Positions 52,329 to 62,056 are shown, counted from the first letter of the stretch. The stretch is 64,000 nt of DNA from an uncultured bacterium (GCA_963749495.1 CAVVMW010000012.1:540518-604517), one strand, 5' to 3'. Notes: generated from the sequence alone by a model not told the origin. A program made the numbers and translations.

Positions 52329-52552
52329 ATCGCACCCGACGTCCTCCGCAGATTCTTTGTTCGGTTTTCGCCCGGGCGGCTGTATAACTGTGGACGAACT
52401 ATGACGGATGATGCTGAACTGTTGCGCCAATATGTCGAGGCCCGGTCCGAAGGGGCCTTTGCCGAACTGGTCCAGCGGCACCTGCCCATGGTTTATTCCG
52501 CCGCCCTTCGCCAGGTGGGTGGCGATGCTGAACTGGCCAAAGACGTTGCGCA
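52329..52552 (+). repeat. Right copy of the 224-nt direct repeat (attR-like)
   Basis: See 37610-37833. Confidence 0.92.
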
Positions 52553-53825
52553 GACGGTGTTCGTTGACCTGGCCCGCAAGGCCGGCTCGCTGGTTCGGCA
52601 CGACCTGCTGGCCGGCTGGCTTTACGCGAGCACCCGTTTCGCCGCCGCCTCCGCCCGCCGGGCCAACTCTCGCCGCCGCCTTCGCGAACGCATAGCCGTT
52701 TCCATGCAGGAACACACAACCCAACCCACGCTCTACTCGAGCCCCGCCGAATCCGAACTCAACCCCGTGCTCGACGACGCCATGGCGGAGTTGGGTGTCG
52801 AGGACCGTCACGCGGTCCTGCTCCGGTTCTTCCAGGACAAGGGCCTCAAGGAGGTGGGGGCCATCCTGGGCATCAGCGAAGATGCGGCGCGGATGCGGCT
52901 CCACCGCGCCTTGGAGAAGCTCCACTGTCTGCTCAAGGCGCGCGGCGTGGCCCTCTCAGCCGGCGCCCTTGGGAGCGCCCTGGCTGCCCAAGCGGTCACG
53001 GCCGCTCCGGCGGGACTTGCCGCCAGCATCACCGGCGCGGCCCTGGCCGGCGCAGCCGCAGGCAGTTCTGCCGCCTTCACTCTCATGAAACTCGTTGTTA
53101 TGACAAAACTCAAAATGGCGCTCGTGGGCGGCGTGGTCGTCGCGGGCCTGGCAGTCTCGTTGGTGGTCGAATCTCAAGCGCGGGCCAGGCGCCACGACCA
53201 GGACCAGGCGCGAGAGCGGCAGTCCAGGCGGCTGGCACAATTGGCTGGGGACAACCAGCGCCTCTCCAACCTCCTGGCCCAGGCGAGCAGCCCGCCGGGC
53301 GGCGAACAACTCAAGGATTTGCCCAGGCTCCGCGCCGAGGCGGCGTCGCTCCGGCAGCAGACCAACGAACTGGCTAGGCTGTGGCAGGAGAACCACCGGC
53401 TCCAGCGATCCCGGCAGGCGGCGGCCATGGCCCAGACCGACTTGCAGGCCAAAGAGCAAGCCATCGCCAAGATGGGTTTATTCCTGGACTGGACGCTCGC
53501 GTTTCACAAGTACGCCGCGGACAACCAGGGGCAGTGTCCGGCCAGCTTCGAGCAAGCGGCGTCTTTGCTGCCGAATCGAGCCACGCAGGCGGAGCCCGCC
53601 TTGACGCCGGACCAGTGCGAGATCGTCTTCCAGGGATCGTTTGACACACTGACCAATCCATCGCACGTCATCGTCATCCGGGAAAAGCTGGCCTGCCCAA
53701 GCCTCAATGGCGAATGGAACCGGGCTTATGGCTTTGCCGATGGCCATTCGGAGATCCACCACTCAAGCGACGGCAATTTCGAGGCCTGGGAAAAGGGGCT
53801 CCTCGCCGCGCCGGGCCAGCGCTGA
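52401..53825 (+). CDS. ECF RNA polymerase sigma-70 factor with membrane-anchored C-terminal extension
   Basis: Region 2 (AKDVAQTVF...GWL), region 4 (LLRFF...VGAILGISEDAARMRLHRALEKL), TM helix, coiled coil, terminal FADGHSE. Confidence 0.92.
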   Translation: MTDDAELLRQYVEARSEGAFAELVQRHLPMVYSAALRQVGGDAELAKDVAQTVFVDLARKAGSLVRHDLLAGWLYASTRFAAASARRANSRRRLRERIAVSMQEHTTQPTLYSSPAESELNPVLDDAMAELGVEDRHAVLLRFFQDKGLKEVGAILGISEDAARMRLHRALEKLHCLLKARGVALSAGALGSALAAQAVTAAPAGLAASITGAALAGAAAGSSAAFTLMKLVVMTKLKMALVGGVVVAGLAVSLVVESQARARRHDQDQARERQSRRLAQLAGDNQRLSNLLAQASSPPGGEQLKDLPRLRAEAASLRQQTNELARLWQENHRLQRSRQAAAMAQTDLQAKEQAIAKMGLFLDWTLAFHKYAADNQGQCPASFEQAASLLPNRATQAEPALTPDQCEIVFQGSFDTLTNPSHVIVIREKLACPSLNGEWNRAYGFADGHSEIHHSSDGNFEAWEKGLLAAPGQR

Positions 53826-53954
53826 TGACGGCTGGGTGCCAATACAGAGGAAGGTCCGATGGTGTCAACGCAAACATTGTGAAGTTGATTACATCGGGGT
53901 ATGAGACAGAATTCTTCTTGGACCTCCGGATCGCAGACGTCAGAGCTGATCCGG

Positions 53955-54055
53955 GCCTTCGATCCTTCGTTTCCTTCGTTTCCTTCTGTTCTTCTGCTGC
54001 GTCCCGCCGGCTGGGCACAGGAACAGAACAGAAGGAAACAAAGGAAACGAAGAGG
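53955..54055. repeat. Low-complexity inverted repeat (REP-like)
   Basis: cttcgtttccttcgtttccttctgttc ... gaacagaaggaaacaaaggaaacgaag. Confidence 0.7.
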
Positions 54056-54182
54056 CGGCCTGATGCGGCGGCATCGATCGGGTCCATGCCAGTTCGTATC
54101 TGGACTCCTGGACACTTTTTGTGACGAAAGCCCAGCAAAATCCATTTTGTGAAGATTTTTGTCCTACACGCATCACATCGTC

Positions 54183-54971
54183 ATGACTACAAACCTGTTC
54201 AAGCTCGCCGTTGCTGGTGCGCTCGTCCTAGCCGGCGCGGCTCTGCCGCTGGTGATTCATCACCACGCCCAGTCTCATTGGCGCGAGACGGAAAAGGCGA
54301 TGCGGCAGTGGGCGGTCCAATTGGAACAACTCACGGCCGAGAACGAGCGCTTGTCCAATCTCCGGGCCCTGGCACAGACTTCCCCGGCTGTTTCGGACGA
54401 GGCACTGCGGGAGTTGCTAAGGCTGCGCGGCGAGATTGGGCAGTTGCGCCAGAGTGCGGGCGAGATCCAGAGGCTGCGGGCCATGAACCAGCGGTTGCTG
54501 GCGCTGCTTGAGACTCCGGGAGGGCCGTCGCGGGATGTCCCGCCCGACCCCAAGACCGTCCAGGCCTATTGGCCCAAAGCCCAACTGGCCTTCGCCGGTT
54601 ACTCAGAGCCAGCCGCCGGGCTCAAGACCGCGCTCTGGGCCATCAGCCTGGGAGATACCCAGGCCCTGGCGGCGGCCCTCTCACCGGAGGCCCTCAAGAC
54701 CGCTGCGGGGCGTGAATGGGGAGCCCCTGAGGGCGAGTTTGCCTCGTCCACACCCCGCATTTCGGAATGGCTGGCACCGTGCAGCGGGTTTTGCATCGTG
54801 GGCCAGAAGCTGGCCTCCGCGGACCGGGCGGTTTTTGATGTTTTCTTCGAGGGCGAAGGCAGGACCCGGAAGGTCGCGCTCAAGAAGCTCGGCAACGAGT
54901 GGAAGTTCGAAGGTTTGGGACGGGCGGGGGGCTCGGACGAGGATTTGGAGAATGGCCCGATATGGCCATAA
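54183..54971 (+). CDS. Membrane-anchored protein resembling the C-terminal extension of the upstream ECF sigma factor
   Basis: TM + QLTAENERLSNL + ELLRLRGE parallel QLAGDNQRLSNL + DLPRLRAE in the sigma factor. Confidence 0.75.
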   Translation: MTTNLFKLAVAGALVLAGAALPLVIHHHAQSHWRETEKAMRQWAVQLEQLTAENERLSNLRALAQTSPAVSDEALRELLRLRGEIGQLRQSAGEIQRLRAMNQRLLALLETPGGPSRDVPPDPKTVQAYWPKAQLAFAGYSEPAAGLKTALWAISLGDTQALAAALSPEALKTAAGREWGAPEGEFASSTPRISEWLAPCSGFCIVGQKLASADRAVFDVFFEGEGRTRKVALKKLGNEWKFEGLGRAGGSDEDLENGPIWP

Positions 54972-55026
54972 TGCCAGGCAGGGTCCGGGCAAAAACTGCC
55001 GGGACCACAGGCTCTTGCTCGCCAAC

Positions 55027-55172
55027 AACTGTTCAGGTGGGGACGGGTGGGGCAGACCTCCGGTCTGCCGGTTGCAGGGGCCTCTGGCCCCGAGCCTCGC
55101 AAATGCAAGGGACACGGAGCCGGAGGCTCCGTGAACCGGCAGACCAGAGGTCTGCCCCACACCTGAACAGTT
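55027..55172. repeat. REP-like inverted repeat
   Basis: aactgttcaggtg..gtggggcagacctccggtctgccggtt ... aaccggcagaccagaggtctgccccacacctgaacagtt. Confidence 0.72.
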
Positions 55173-55439
55173 ATGCTCGCCAGCGGCCTGCAACTTCTAC
55201 GCGGGTTCCCTTGGGCTTGTTTATTTTCGCCACAATCGAGCTTGGGCCAACAACTTGGCTCGCCACTTGCTGCGCGATTGGCTGAATCTGGCCGACCGGA
55301 GTGAGTCTTCCATGCGGGCCTGGAAGCGGAGCTGCCGGCCGCCAATATTCACCCGGAAAAGAACTGAAGCTGGCTGGCAGGGGCTTGCCGTTGCGTCAGC
55401 AGCAGCCCGCTCCCGCCTGCCGCGCACGCGCAAGCGGAA

Positions 55440-57449
55440 ATGAAAAACCGATGTCTATGGGGACTGATGCTGGCGGCGATTCTGGCCGGCGCGCGGCCGG
55501 TTTTGGCAGCGGATCAGGCCGGGACGAACGCGCCTGCGCCGGACCTGGCAGAACTCAGCCTGGAGGAACTGACTACCGTCAAGGTGGGCTCCGTCTATGG
55601 CGCGTCCAAGCACGAGCAAAAGGTGACCGAGGCGCCCTCGTCGGTCAGCATTGTGACCGCCGAGGAAATCAAGTTTTACGGCTACCGGACGCTGGCGGAC
55701 ATTCTGCGCAGCGTGCGTGGATTCTACGTCACCTACGACCGCAATTACGGGTATATCGGCGTGCGGGGCTTCAACCGGCCGGGTGATTTCGGGGGGCGGG
55801 TGCTGATCCTGGTGGACGGGCAGCAATTGAACGAGCCGATTTACGGCAGCGCGTTCAATATGACCGACTTCATCCTGGATGTGGATCTCATCGAGCGGGT
55901 GGAGGTCATCCGCGGACCCGGCTCGGCGCTTTATGGAGACAATGCCTTTTTCGCGGTGGTGAGTGTGATTACGCGCAGGGGACAGGACGTGGATGGAGGG
56001 GAGGCATCCGGGGCGGCGGGCAGCTTCGACACCTACCAGGGCCGGGGCACGATCGGCAAGAAGTTCAAAAACGGCATCGAGTTGCTCGTTTCGGCCACCG
56101 GCTACACCAGTGAAGGCCCGGAGCGCTTGTATTTCAAGGAGTTCGATACGCCCACCCAGAACCGTGGGATCGCGCAGAACATGGATGGGGACCAGTTCGA
56201 CAGTTTCTTCGGGCGGCTCTCCTGGCGCGATTTCACGGTTGAAAACGCCTATATCCGCCGCGACAAACAGGTGCCGACCGCCTCGTTCGGCACGGCGTTC
56301 GACGACCCGCGTTTTCACACCATTGACACGCGTTACTTCGGCAACGTGCAGTACGCGCACCGGTTCGCCGACGACCTCGACGTCAAAGGCCGGCTCTACT
56401 ATGACTATTACAGTTACATGGGCACTTATCCGTTCACTAACGCCCTGCTGAACCGGGACCTATCTTACGCCGAGTGGTGGGGGGCAGAGGCGCAGGCATC
56501 CAAACCCTTGTTCGAAAAGCACCTGGTCACACTGGGAACCGAATTCCGGGACGATTTCCGCCTGGAACAGCGCAACTTCAACGTCGTCCCCGGTGGGACC
56601 ACCTACCTGGATTCCCGGCCAACCGACACCCGTTATGCCTTGTTCGGGCAGGAGGAATTCCGCATGTTCAGCAATGTGCTGCTCAACGGCGGGGTTCGTT
56701 ACGATTACTTCAGCACCTTTGGAGGGACCGTCAATCCCCGGGCGGCCCTGATCTACAGCCCCATTGAAAAGACGACCTTCAAGATGCTTTACGGCCAGGC
56801 CTTTCGCGCCCCCAATGCCGCCGAGTTTTACTATTCCGGCACCGGCCAGGAGGCCAATCCCAACCTGCGCCCCGAGCGCATCCAGAGCTACGAACTCATT
56901 TATGAGCAATGCCTGCCCGCCAACTTGCGTCTCACCGCATCGGGTTTCTACAACCATATCCAGGACCTCATCTCCCAGACCACCGATCCCCGCAACGGAC
57001 TCATGGTTTATGAGAACATACAGGAAGCGGAGACCGAGGGGGCCGAATTCGAGATGGAGGGCAAATATGCGGGCGGCTGGGACGGACGCCTGAGCTACAC
57101 ACTCCAGCGCACGACCGACGCGGGGACCGGCGAGGAATTGAGCAACTCCCCAAGGCACCTGGCCAAGTTCAATCTCACGGCCCCGCTTTACAGGGACAAA
57201 TTCTTCACCGGCTTGGAACTGCAATACACCAGCACCGTCAAGACCCTGGCGGGCAACGACGCCGCCGGCTTTGTCCTGGTCAACTGGACGCTCTTCAGCC
57301 GGAGGCTGGTCAAGGGCCTGGAGGTCTCCTTGAGCCTCTATAACCTGTTGGACACCAAGTACGGCTTTCCCGGCGCCGAGGAGCACCGGCAAGACATCAT
57401 CCCGCAGGACGGGCGCACCTTCCGGGTCAAGCTGACCTACCGCTTCTAA
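55440..57449 (+). CDS. TonB-dependent receptor
   Basis: LAELSLEEL..V.V..ASK, IERVEVIRGPGSALYG plug, C-terminal LTYRF. Confidence 0.93.
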   Translation: MKNRCLWGLMLAAILAGARPVLAADQAGTNAPAPDLAELSLEELTTVKVGSVYGASKHEQKVTEAPSSVSIVTAEEIKFYGYRTLADILRSVRGFYVTYDRNYGYIGVRGFNRPGDFGGRVLILVDGQQLNEPIYGSAFNMTDFILDVDLIERVEVIRGPGSALYGDNAFFAVVSVITRRGQDVDGGEASGAAGSFDTYQGRGTIGKKFKNGIELLVSATGYTSEGPERLYFKEFDTPTQNRGIAQNMDGDQFDSFFGRLSWRDFTVENAYIRRDKQVPTASFGTAFDDPRFHTIDTRYFGNVQYAHRFADDLDVKGRLYYDYYSYMGTYPFTNALLNRDLSYAEWWGAEAQASKPLFEKHLVTLGTEFRDDFRLEQRNFNVVPGGTTYLDSRPTDTRYALFGQEEFRMFSNVLLNGGVRYDYFSTFGGTVNPRAALIYSPIEKTTFKMLYGQAFRAPNAAEFYYSGTGQEANPNLRPERIQSYELIYEQCLPANLRLTASGFYNHIQDLISQTTDPRNGLMVYENIQEAETEGAEFEMEGKYAGGWDGRLSYTLQRTTDAGTGEELSNSPRHLAKFNLTAPLYRDKFFTGLELQYTSTVKTLAGNDAAGFVLVNWTLFSRRLVKGLEVSLSLYNLLDTKYGFPGAEEHRQDIIPQDGRTFRVKLTYRF

Positions 57450-57454
57450 CCAGG

Positions 57455-58069
57455 ATGAAAGGCGCCGGCAAAATCGCGATGGCAAAGGTGGTCCGGGCAA
57501 CCTGGCTGAGGGGGGCTGCGCTGGCGCTATTGGGCCTGGCCGGCCTCTGGCTCGCCTGCCTTGGCGCCGGGTTGCCAAGCGAATACGAGGTCAAGGCGGC
57601 CTATCTTTTCAATTTCGCCAAGTTCGTGGACTGGCCGCCGGAGAAGCTGGGCCAGACCAACTCGCCACTGGTGATCGGTGTCGTGGGGGAGAATCCCTTT
57701 GGCAAGGCGCTGGAGACCGTGATTCAGAAGAACCAGACCGTGAACGGCCGCCCGCTGGTCGTGCGATACCTCGCCCCGAACGAAAACCCCAGGTCCTGCC
57801 ACATCCTCTTCGTCAGCCGGTCGGAGGCCCCCCGCCTGGGCCCAATCCTCAAGACCGCCAAAGGCTCCGCCGCGCTGACGGTGAGCGACCTTGACCAGTT
57901 CCTGGAGCAAGGCGGTATGATCCACTTCTACCTGGAATCGGACACTGTCAGGTTCGCCGTCAACCTCGAGGCCGCTGCCGGCGCCGGATTGAAACTCAGC
58001 CCCCGGCTGCTCAAGGTGGCCAAAGTCATGAACTATGCTCAAGACCCTCATCAAGGGCCTTCCCATTGA
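57455..58069 (+). CDS. YfiR/HmsC family (DUF4154) periplasmic protein
   Basis: EYEVKAAYLFNFAKFVDWP, CHILF, LKLSPRLLKVA. Confidence 0.88.
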   Translation: MKGAGKIAMAKVVRATWLRGAALALLGLAGLWLACLGAGLPSEYEVKAAYLFNFAKFVDWPPEKLGQTNSPLVIGVVGENPFGKALETVIQKNQTVNGRPLVVRYLAPNENPRSCHILFVSRSEAPRLGPILKTAKGSAALTVSDLDQFLEQGGMIHFYLESDTVRFAVNLEAAAGAGLKLSPRLLKVAKVMNYAQDPHQGPSH

Positions 58070-60047
58070 AGGCAAGATTAGTTTCGCTATCCTGCTGACC
58101 TGCGCCACGGCGCTAGCCGTCACGGCAGTGGGGATCTTTTTCGCGCAGTTGACGACCTTCCGCCAAAACTTCCGGGGTGACCTGGCGTCCATCGGCGAGA
58201 TCATCGCCAACAACAGCACGGCGGAGGTTCAATATGGCTACGGCAAAGACCTCGAGCAGCTCTTGAGCGCGCTCAGGGCCAAACCCCATATCGTTTTTGC
58301 CTCGATCACATTGCCAGCCGGAACGGAGTTGGCCGCCTTCAGGGGTGAGAGGCTCCAGGCTACCCCGGCCATCCCGAGCGCCGATGGCTTCCACTTCGTG
58401 GGTCCCTGCCTGGTCCTGAACCGCCCGATCATGCTGGGCTCGGAACGGATAGGGACCCTCCACCTGGCCTCCGATTACCAGAGCGAGTGCCGGCGCTCGC
58501 TGCTGCTCTACGCGGCGATTCTGGCCGGCGTATTGGTCGTCTCGGTGGTGCTGGCCTTTCTGGTTTCGGCCCGGCTGCGGCGGCTGATCTCCGCCCCGAT
58601 TCTGGACCTGGCCGCCGCCGCGCAGCGCATCGCGGACAAAAAGGACTACCGGGTCCGGGCCAAGAAAGTGGCCAACGACGAAGTCGGCCGGCTCACCGAT
58701 GCCTTCAACACGATGCTGGCCAGGCTGGAGAGCGACGATGCCGCCCTGCGGCAGGCCAACCAGAGCCTCGAAGCCGAGATAGCCGAGCGCAAACAGACCC
58801 AGGTGGCGCTCCAGCAGAGCGAAGAGCGGTTCCGCAGCCTGTTCGAGAATGCCACGATCGGCCTCTACCGCACCAACGCTGCCGGCCAGGTGTTGCTGGC
58901 CAATCCGACCCTGTTGCGGATGCTGGGCTGCGAAGCGCTGAGCAACCTGCCCTTCGGGCGCGACGTGGCGGAGGGCTACGTGGATGGCGTCCAGCGCGAG
59001 CAGTTCAAGAGCCTGATGGAGGCCCAGGGCGAGGTTCGCGGCTTCGAAGCCGCCTGGAAGCGCCGCGACGGCTCCGAGCTCTTCGTGCGGGAGAGCGCCC
59101 GCGCCATCCGCAACGCGTCCGGCGCGCTGCTCTACTACGAGGGCACCGTCGAGGACGTCACCGAACGCAGGAAGGCCGAACTGGAGCTGCAGCGCTTGAA
59201 CAAGGAGTTGGTTGTGGCCTCCCGCCACGCCGGCATGGCCAAGGTGGCCACCGGCGTGCTCCACAACGTCGGCAACGTCCTCAACAGCGTCAATGTCTCC
59301 ACCACGCTCCTTCGCGAGAAGCTGCGCAAATCGGAGATCGCCAGCGTGGTCAGGCTGGCCGGGCTGCTCCAGGACCATGCGGCCGACTCCGCCTCCTTTT
59401 TCACCACGGACCCCAAAGGCAAACTGGTGCCCAAGTTCATCATCCAGGTGGCGGCGCGCTTGCAGGAGCAGCAGGCGGACCTGGAGCGGGAGCACGAGCA
59501 ACTGGGGCGCAACGTCGAGCACATCAAGGAAATCGTGGCGATGCAGCAAAACTACGCGCGGCTCTCGGGCGTGGTCGAGCAGGTCTCCATTTCCAGCCTG
59601 ATGGATGACGCCCTGGCGCTTCACACCGCCGGCCTGGCCCGGCACGGGGTGCGGGTCGTGCGCGAGTACTCCCAGGTGCCTTTGCTGACGGTGGACAAGC
59701 ACAAGGTCCTCCAAATCCTCGTTAACCTGGTCCACAACGCCAAGTACGCCCTCGATGCCTCGGGGCGCCCCGACCGCGTGATCACGGCCGCCATTCATGC
59801 CAACGGCGGCAACCGCATCCGGGTCACCATCACCGACAACGGCATCGGCATCCCCCCGGAGAACCTCACCCGCATCTTCTCCCACGGCTTCACGACGCGA
59901 AAGGACGGCCATGGGTTTGGGCTGCACAGCGGCGCCAATGCCGCCAAAGAAATGGGCGGTTCATTGACTGGGCACAGCGAGGGCCCGGGCAAGGGCGCCA
60001 CCTTCACCCTCGAACTGCCCCTGGCTTACGAAAGGGCAAAATCATGA
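58035..60047 (+). CDS. Membrane sensor histidine kinase (periplasmic sensor, HAMP, PAS)
   Basis: Two TM helices, DEVGRLTDAFNTML HAMP, LHNVGN H-box, DNGIGI and GHGFGL boxes. Confidence 0.92.
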   Translation: MLKTLIKGLPIEGKISFAILLTCATALAVTAVGIFFAQLTTFRQNFRGDLASIGEIIANNSTAEVQYGYGKDLEQLLSALRAKPHIVFASITLPAGTELAAFRGERLQATPAIPSADGFHFVGPCLVLNRPIMLGSERIGTLHLASDYQSECRRSLLLYAAILAGVLVVSVVLAFLVSARLRRLISAPILDLAAAAQRIADKKDYRVRAKKVANDEVGRLTDAFNTMLARLESDDAALRQANQSLEAEIAERKQTQVALQQSEERFRSLFENATIGLYRTNAAGQVLLANPTLLRMLGCEALSNLPFGRDVAEGYVDGVQREQFKSLMEAQGEVRGFEAAWKRRDGSELFVRESARAIRNASGALLYYEGTVEDVTERRKAELELQRLNKELVVASRHAGMAKVATGVLHNVGNVLNSVNVSTTLLREKLRKSEIASVVRLAGLLQDHAADSASFFTTDPKGKLVPKFIIQVAARLQEQQADLEREHEQLGRNVEHIKEIVAMQQNYARLSGVVEQVSISSLMDDALALHTAGLARHGVRVVREYSQVPLLTVDKHKVLQILVNLVHNAKYALDASGRPDRVITAAIHANGGNRIRVTITDNGIGIPPENLTRIFSHGFTTRKDGHGFGLHSGANAAKEMGGSLTGHSEGPGKGATFTLELPLAYERAKS

Positions 60048-61315
60048 ACAACCCCTGCCCCCTCAAGAATAACCGCATCCTCGTCGTCGACGATAATCCC
60101 GCCATCCACGAAGACATCCGCAAGATCCTCTGCGGGCCGAGCCAGGAAAGCGCGGAACTGGCGGACACCAAGGCCCTGTTGTTCGAGATCCCTGCGCCGG
60201 GGCCCAGCGTGGTCCAGTTCGAAATCGATTCGGCCTTTCAAGGCGAGGAAGGGCTGCGCCGGGTGCAGGCGGCGCTCGAGGCGGGCCGCCCTTACGCCGT
60301 GGCGTTTGTGGACGTGAGAATGCCTCCGGGCTGGGACGGCGTGGAAACCATCGCCCGCATCTGGAAAGAGTATTCGGAGCTGCAGGTCGTGATCTGCACC
60401 GCTTACTCCGATCACTCCTGGGACCAGATGATCCGGCAGATCGGCCGCTCCGACGGCCTGGTCATTCTCAAGAAGCCCTTTGACAACATCGAGGTGCTTC
60501 AACTGGCTCATGCCCTGACCCAAAAATGGGCGCTGCGACAGCAGGTCAAGTGCCTGCTCAACGACCTGGACCAATTAGTCAGCCGGCGCACGGGCGAGTT
60601 GGAGGCGGCCAACCGGCAGCTCGATGTCCAGGCGCAAGAAATCGAGGCCGTCGGCCAGTTGGCCGCCGGTCTGGCCCATGATTTCAACAACATCCTGACC
60701 GTCATCCAGGGCAATGCCTGCCTGCTCCTCAATTCCAGGACCGCCGTGCCGGCCGAGCGCAAACCGCTCGAGTCCATTTGTGCGGCCGCCGACCGCGCCG
60801 GCAAACTGGCGCGCCAGTTGCTCGAGGTCCGAAGCCAGGCCGGCCAAGGGTCCACCTTCCCGATGTTCCCCCAGGCCGGCGCCACGGCGCCCGCCGCGGC
60901 TGCCGCGCCCCCACCCACCGACCCGGTCCAGGGGGGGCATGAGACGCTCATGGTCGTCGAGGACGAGGATGCGGTCCGCAACGTGCTGGTGGGCGTCCTG
61001 GAAGCTCAGGGCTACAAAGTCCTGGCGGCCGCCTCCGGCACGGACGCCCTGGAGCGCTGGGGCGGGCGCAAACAACAAGTTGACCTGCTGCTGACGGACA
61101 TGGCCATGCCCGGCGGCCTTTCCGGCCGGCAATTGGCCGAGCGACTGTTGCCGGAGACCGCCGGATTGAAGGTCATTTATACCAGCGGCTACAATCCCGG
61201 ATTGGCTGGCATTGACCCCGAGTTGCTGGAGGGAGAGAATTTCCTGGCCAAGCCCTACCGGCCGGCCAAACTCCTCCAAATGGTCCGGTCCTGCCTGGAT
61301 CGCCGGCCCCCTTGA
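60044..61315 (+). CDS. REC-HisKA-REC response regulator with the HATPase domain missing
   Basis: ILVVDD/DVRMPPG receiver, AHDFNN H-box, second receiver VVEDE/TDMAMP; no N, G1 or F boxes. Confidence 0.85.
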   Translation: MNNPCPLKNNRILVVDDNPAIHEDIRKILCGPSQESAELADTKALLFEIPAPGPSVVQFEIDSAFQGEEGLRRVQAALEAGRPYAVAFVDVRMPPGWDGVETIARIWKEYSELQVVICTAYSDHSWDQMIRQIGRSDGLVILKKPFDNIEVLQLAHALTQKWALRQQVKCLLNDLDQLVSRRTGELEAANRQLDVQAQEIEAVGQLAAGLAHDFNNILTVIQGNACLLLNSRTAVPAERKPLESICAAADRAGKLARQLLEVRSQAGQGSTFPMFPQAGATAPAAAAAPPPTDPVQGGHETLMVVEDEDAVRNVLVGVLEAQGYKVLAAASGTDALERWGGRKQQVDLLLTDMAMPGGLSGRQLAERLLPETAGLKVIYTSGYNPGLAGIDPELLEGENFLAKPYRPAKLLQMVRSCLDRRPP

Positions 61316-61349
61316 CAGCCCTTGGTCCGTGATACATACTGGTATCACG
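61312..61349 (+). promoter_or_regulatory. Toxin-antitoxin promoter with palindromic operator
   Basis: TTGACA (61312)-N17-CATACT (61335); CGTGATAC-N6-GTATCACG inverted repeat at 61328-61349. Confidence 0.78.
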
Positions 61350-61607
61350 ATGAAAACAGCAACCGTCCGGGATCTCCGAAACCGGTTTCCCCGCCTCGCC
61401 GCGTGGATTGCGGAAGGCGAGCCGGTGGAGATCACCAAACGTGGAAAACCCTTCGCCCGCCTGGTGCCGGCCACCCCGGAAAAGCCGCGCCCGCTTGTGA
61501 AGCCGGACATCATGGCGCAGTTGAAAGAAACCTGGGGCGACCGCGTCTTCTCCGCCAAAGAAGTCGCCGAGATGCGCGCAGCGGAACTCGAGGGCGAGGA
61601 AGGATGA
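61350..61607 (+). CDS. Phd/YefM family antitoxin
   Basis: MKTATVRDLRNRF...GEPVEITKRGKPFARLVP. Confidence 0.88.
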   Translation: MKTATVRDLRNRFPRLAAWIAEGEPVEITKRGKPFARLVPATPEKPRPLVKPDIMAQLKETWGDRVFSAKEVAEMRAAELEGEEG

Positions 61608-62056
61608 TCGCCTTTCCCGACACGTCGTTTCTCTGCGCGCTTTACGTCCAACAGGACAATTCGCCGATGGCGGCTGCTCACTTCAAGGCCATGCACGAAG
61701 TGTTGCACGTTTCCAGCCTGCTGCTTTACGAATTCCGCCAGAGCGTGCGCTTTCAAGTCTGGCTGCACCTCCAGGACCCGCGCAAGGGCTATCCCCAAAC
61801 CACCGCCGAAGCAGCGCTCGCTCGGCTCCAAGCCAACATGGACGCCGCCGCGATTGCAGTCGCACCCGCCGACTGGGCGGACATTCACCGGCTTGCCGAA
61901 ACGATCTCCGAGCGCCACACCACCTCCGGCGGGCATCGGGCGTTTGACGTTCTCCACGTGGCAACGGCACTGCACCTGGGCGCGCGGGAGTTCCTGACCT
62001 TCGACGCCAATCAACGCAAGCTGGCCGCGGCCCAGAAGCTAAAGGTAAGACCGTGA
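61604..62056 (+). CDS. vapC: PIN-domain VapC toxin
   Basis: DTSFL, FDVLHVATA and FLTFD motifs; ATGA overlap with the antitoxin. Confidence 0.88.
   Translation: MIAFPDTSFLCALYVQQDNSPMAAAHFKAMHEVLHVSSLLLYEFRQSVRFQVWLHLQDPRKGYPQTTAEAALARLQANMDAAAIAVAPADWADIHRLAETISERHTTSGGHRAFDVLHVATALHLGAREFLTFDANQRKLAAAQKLKVRP

Larger units (their letters stand above)
37610..52552. mobile_element. Genomic island (~14.7 kb) integrated at the 5' end of an ECF sigma gene
   Basis: Flanking direct repeats 14,719 nt apart, a tyrosine recombinase remnant at the left end, all cargo on the minus strand. Confidence 0.7.
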
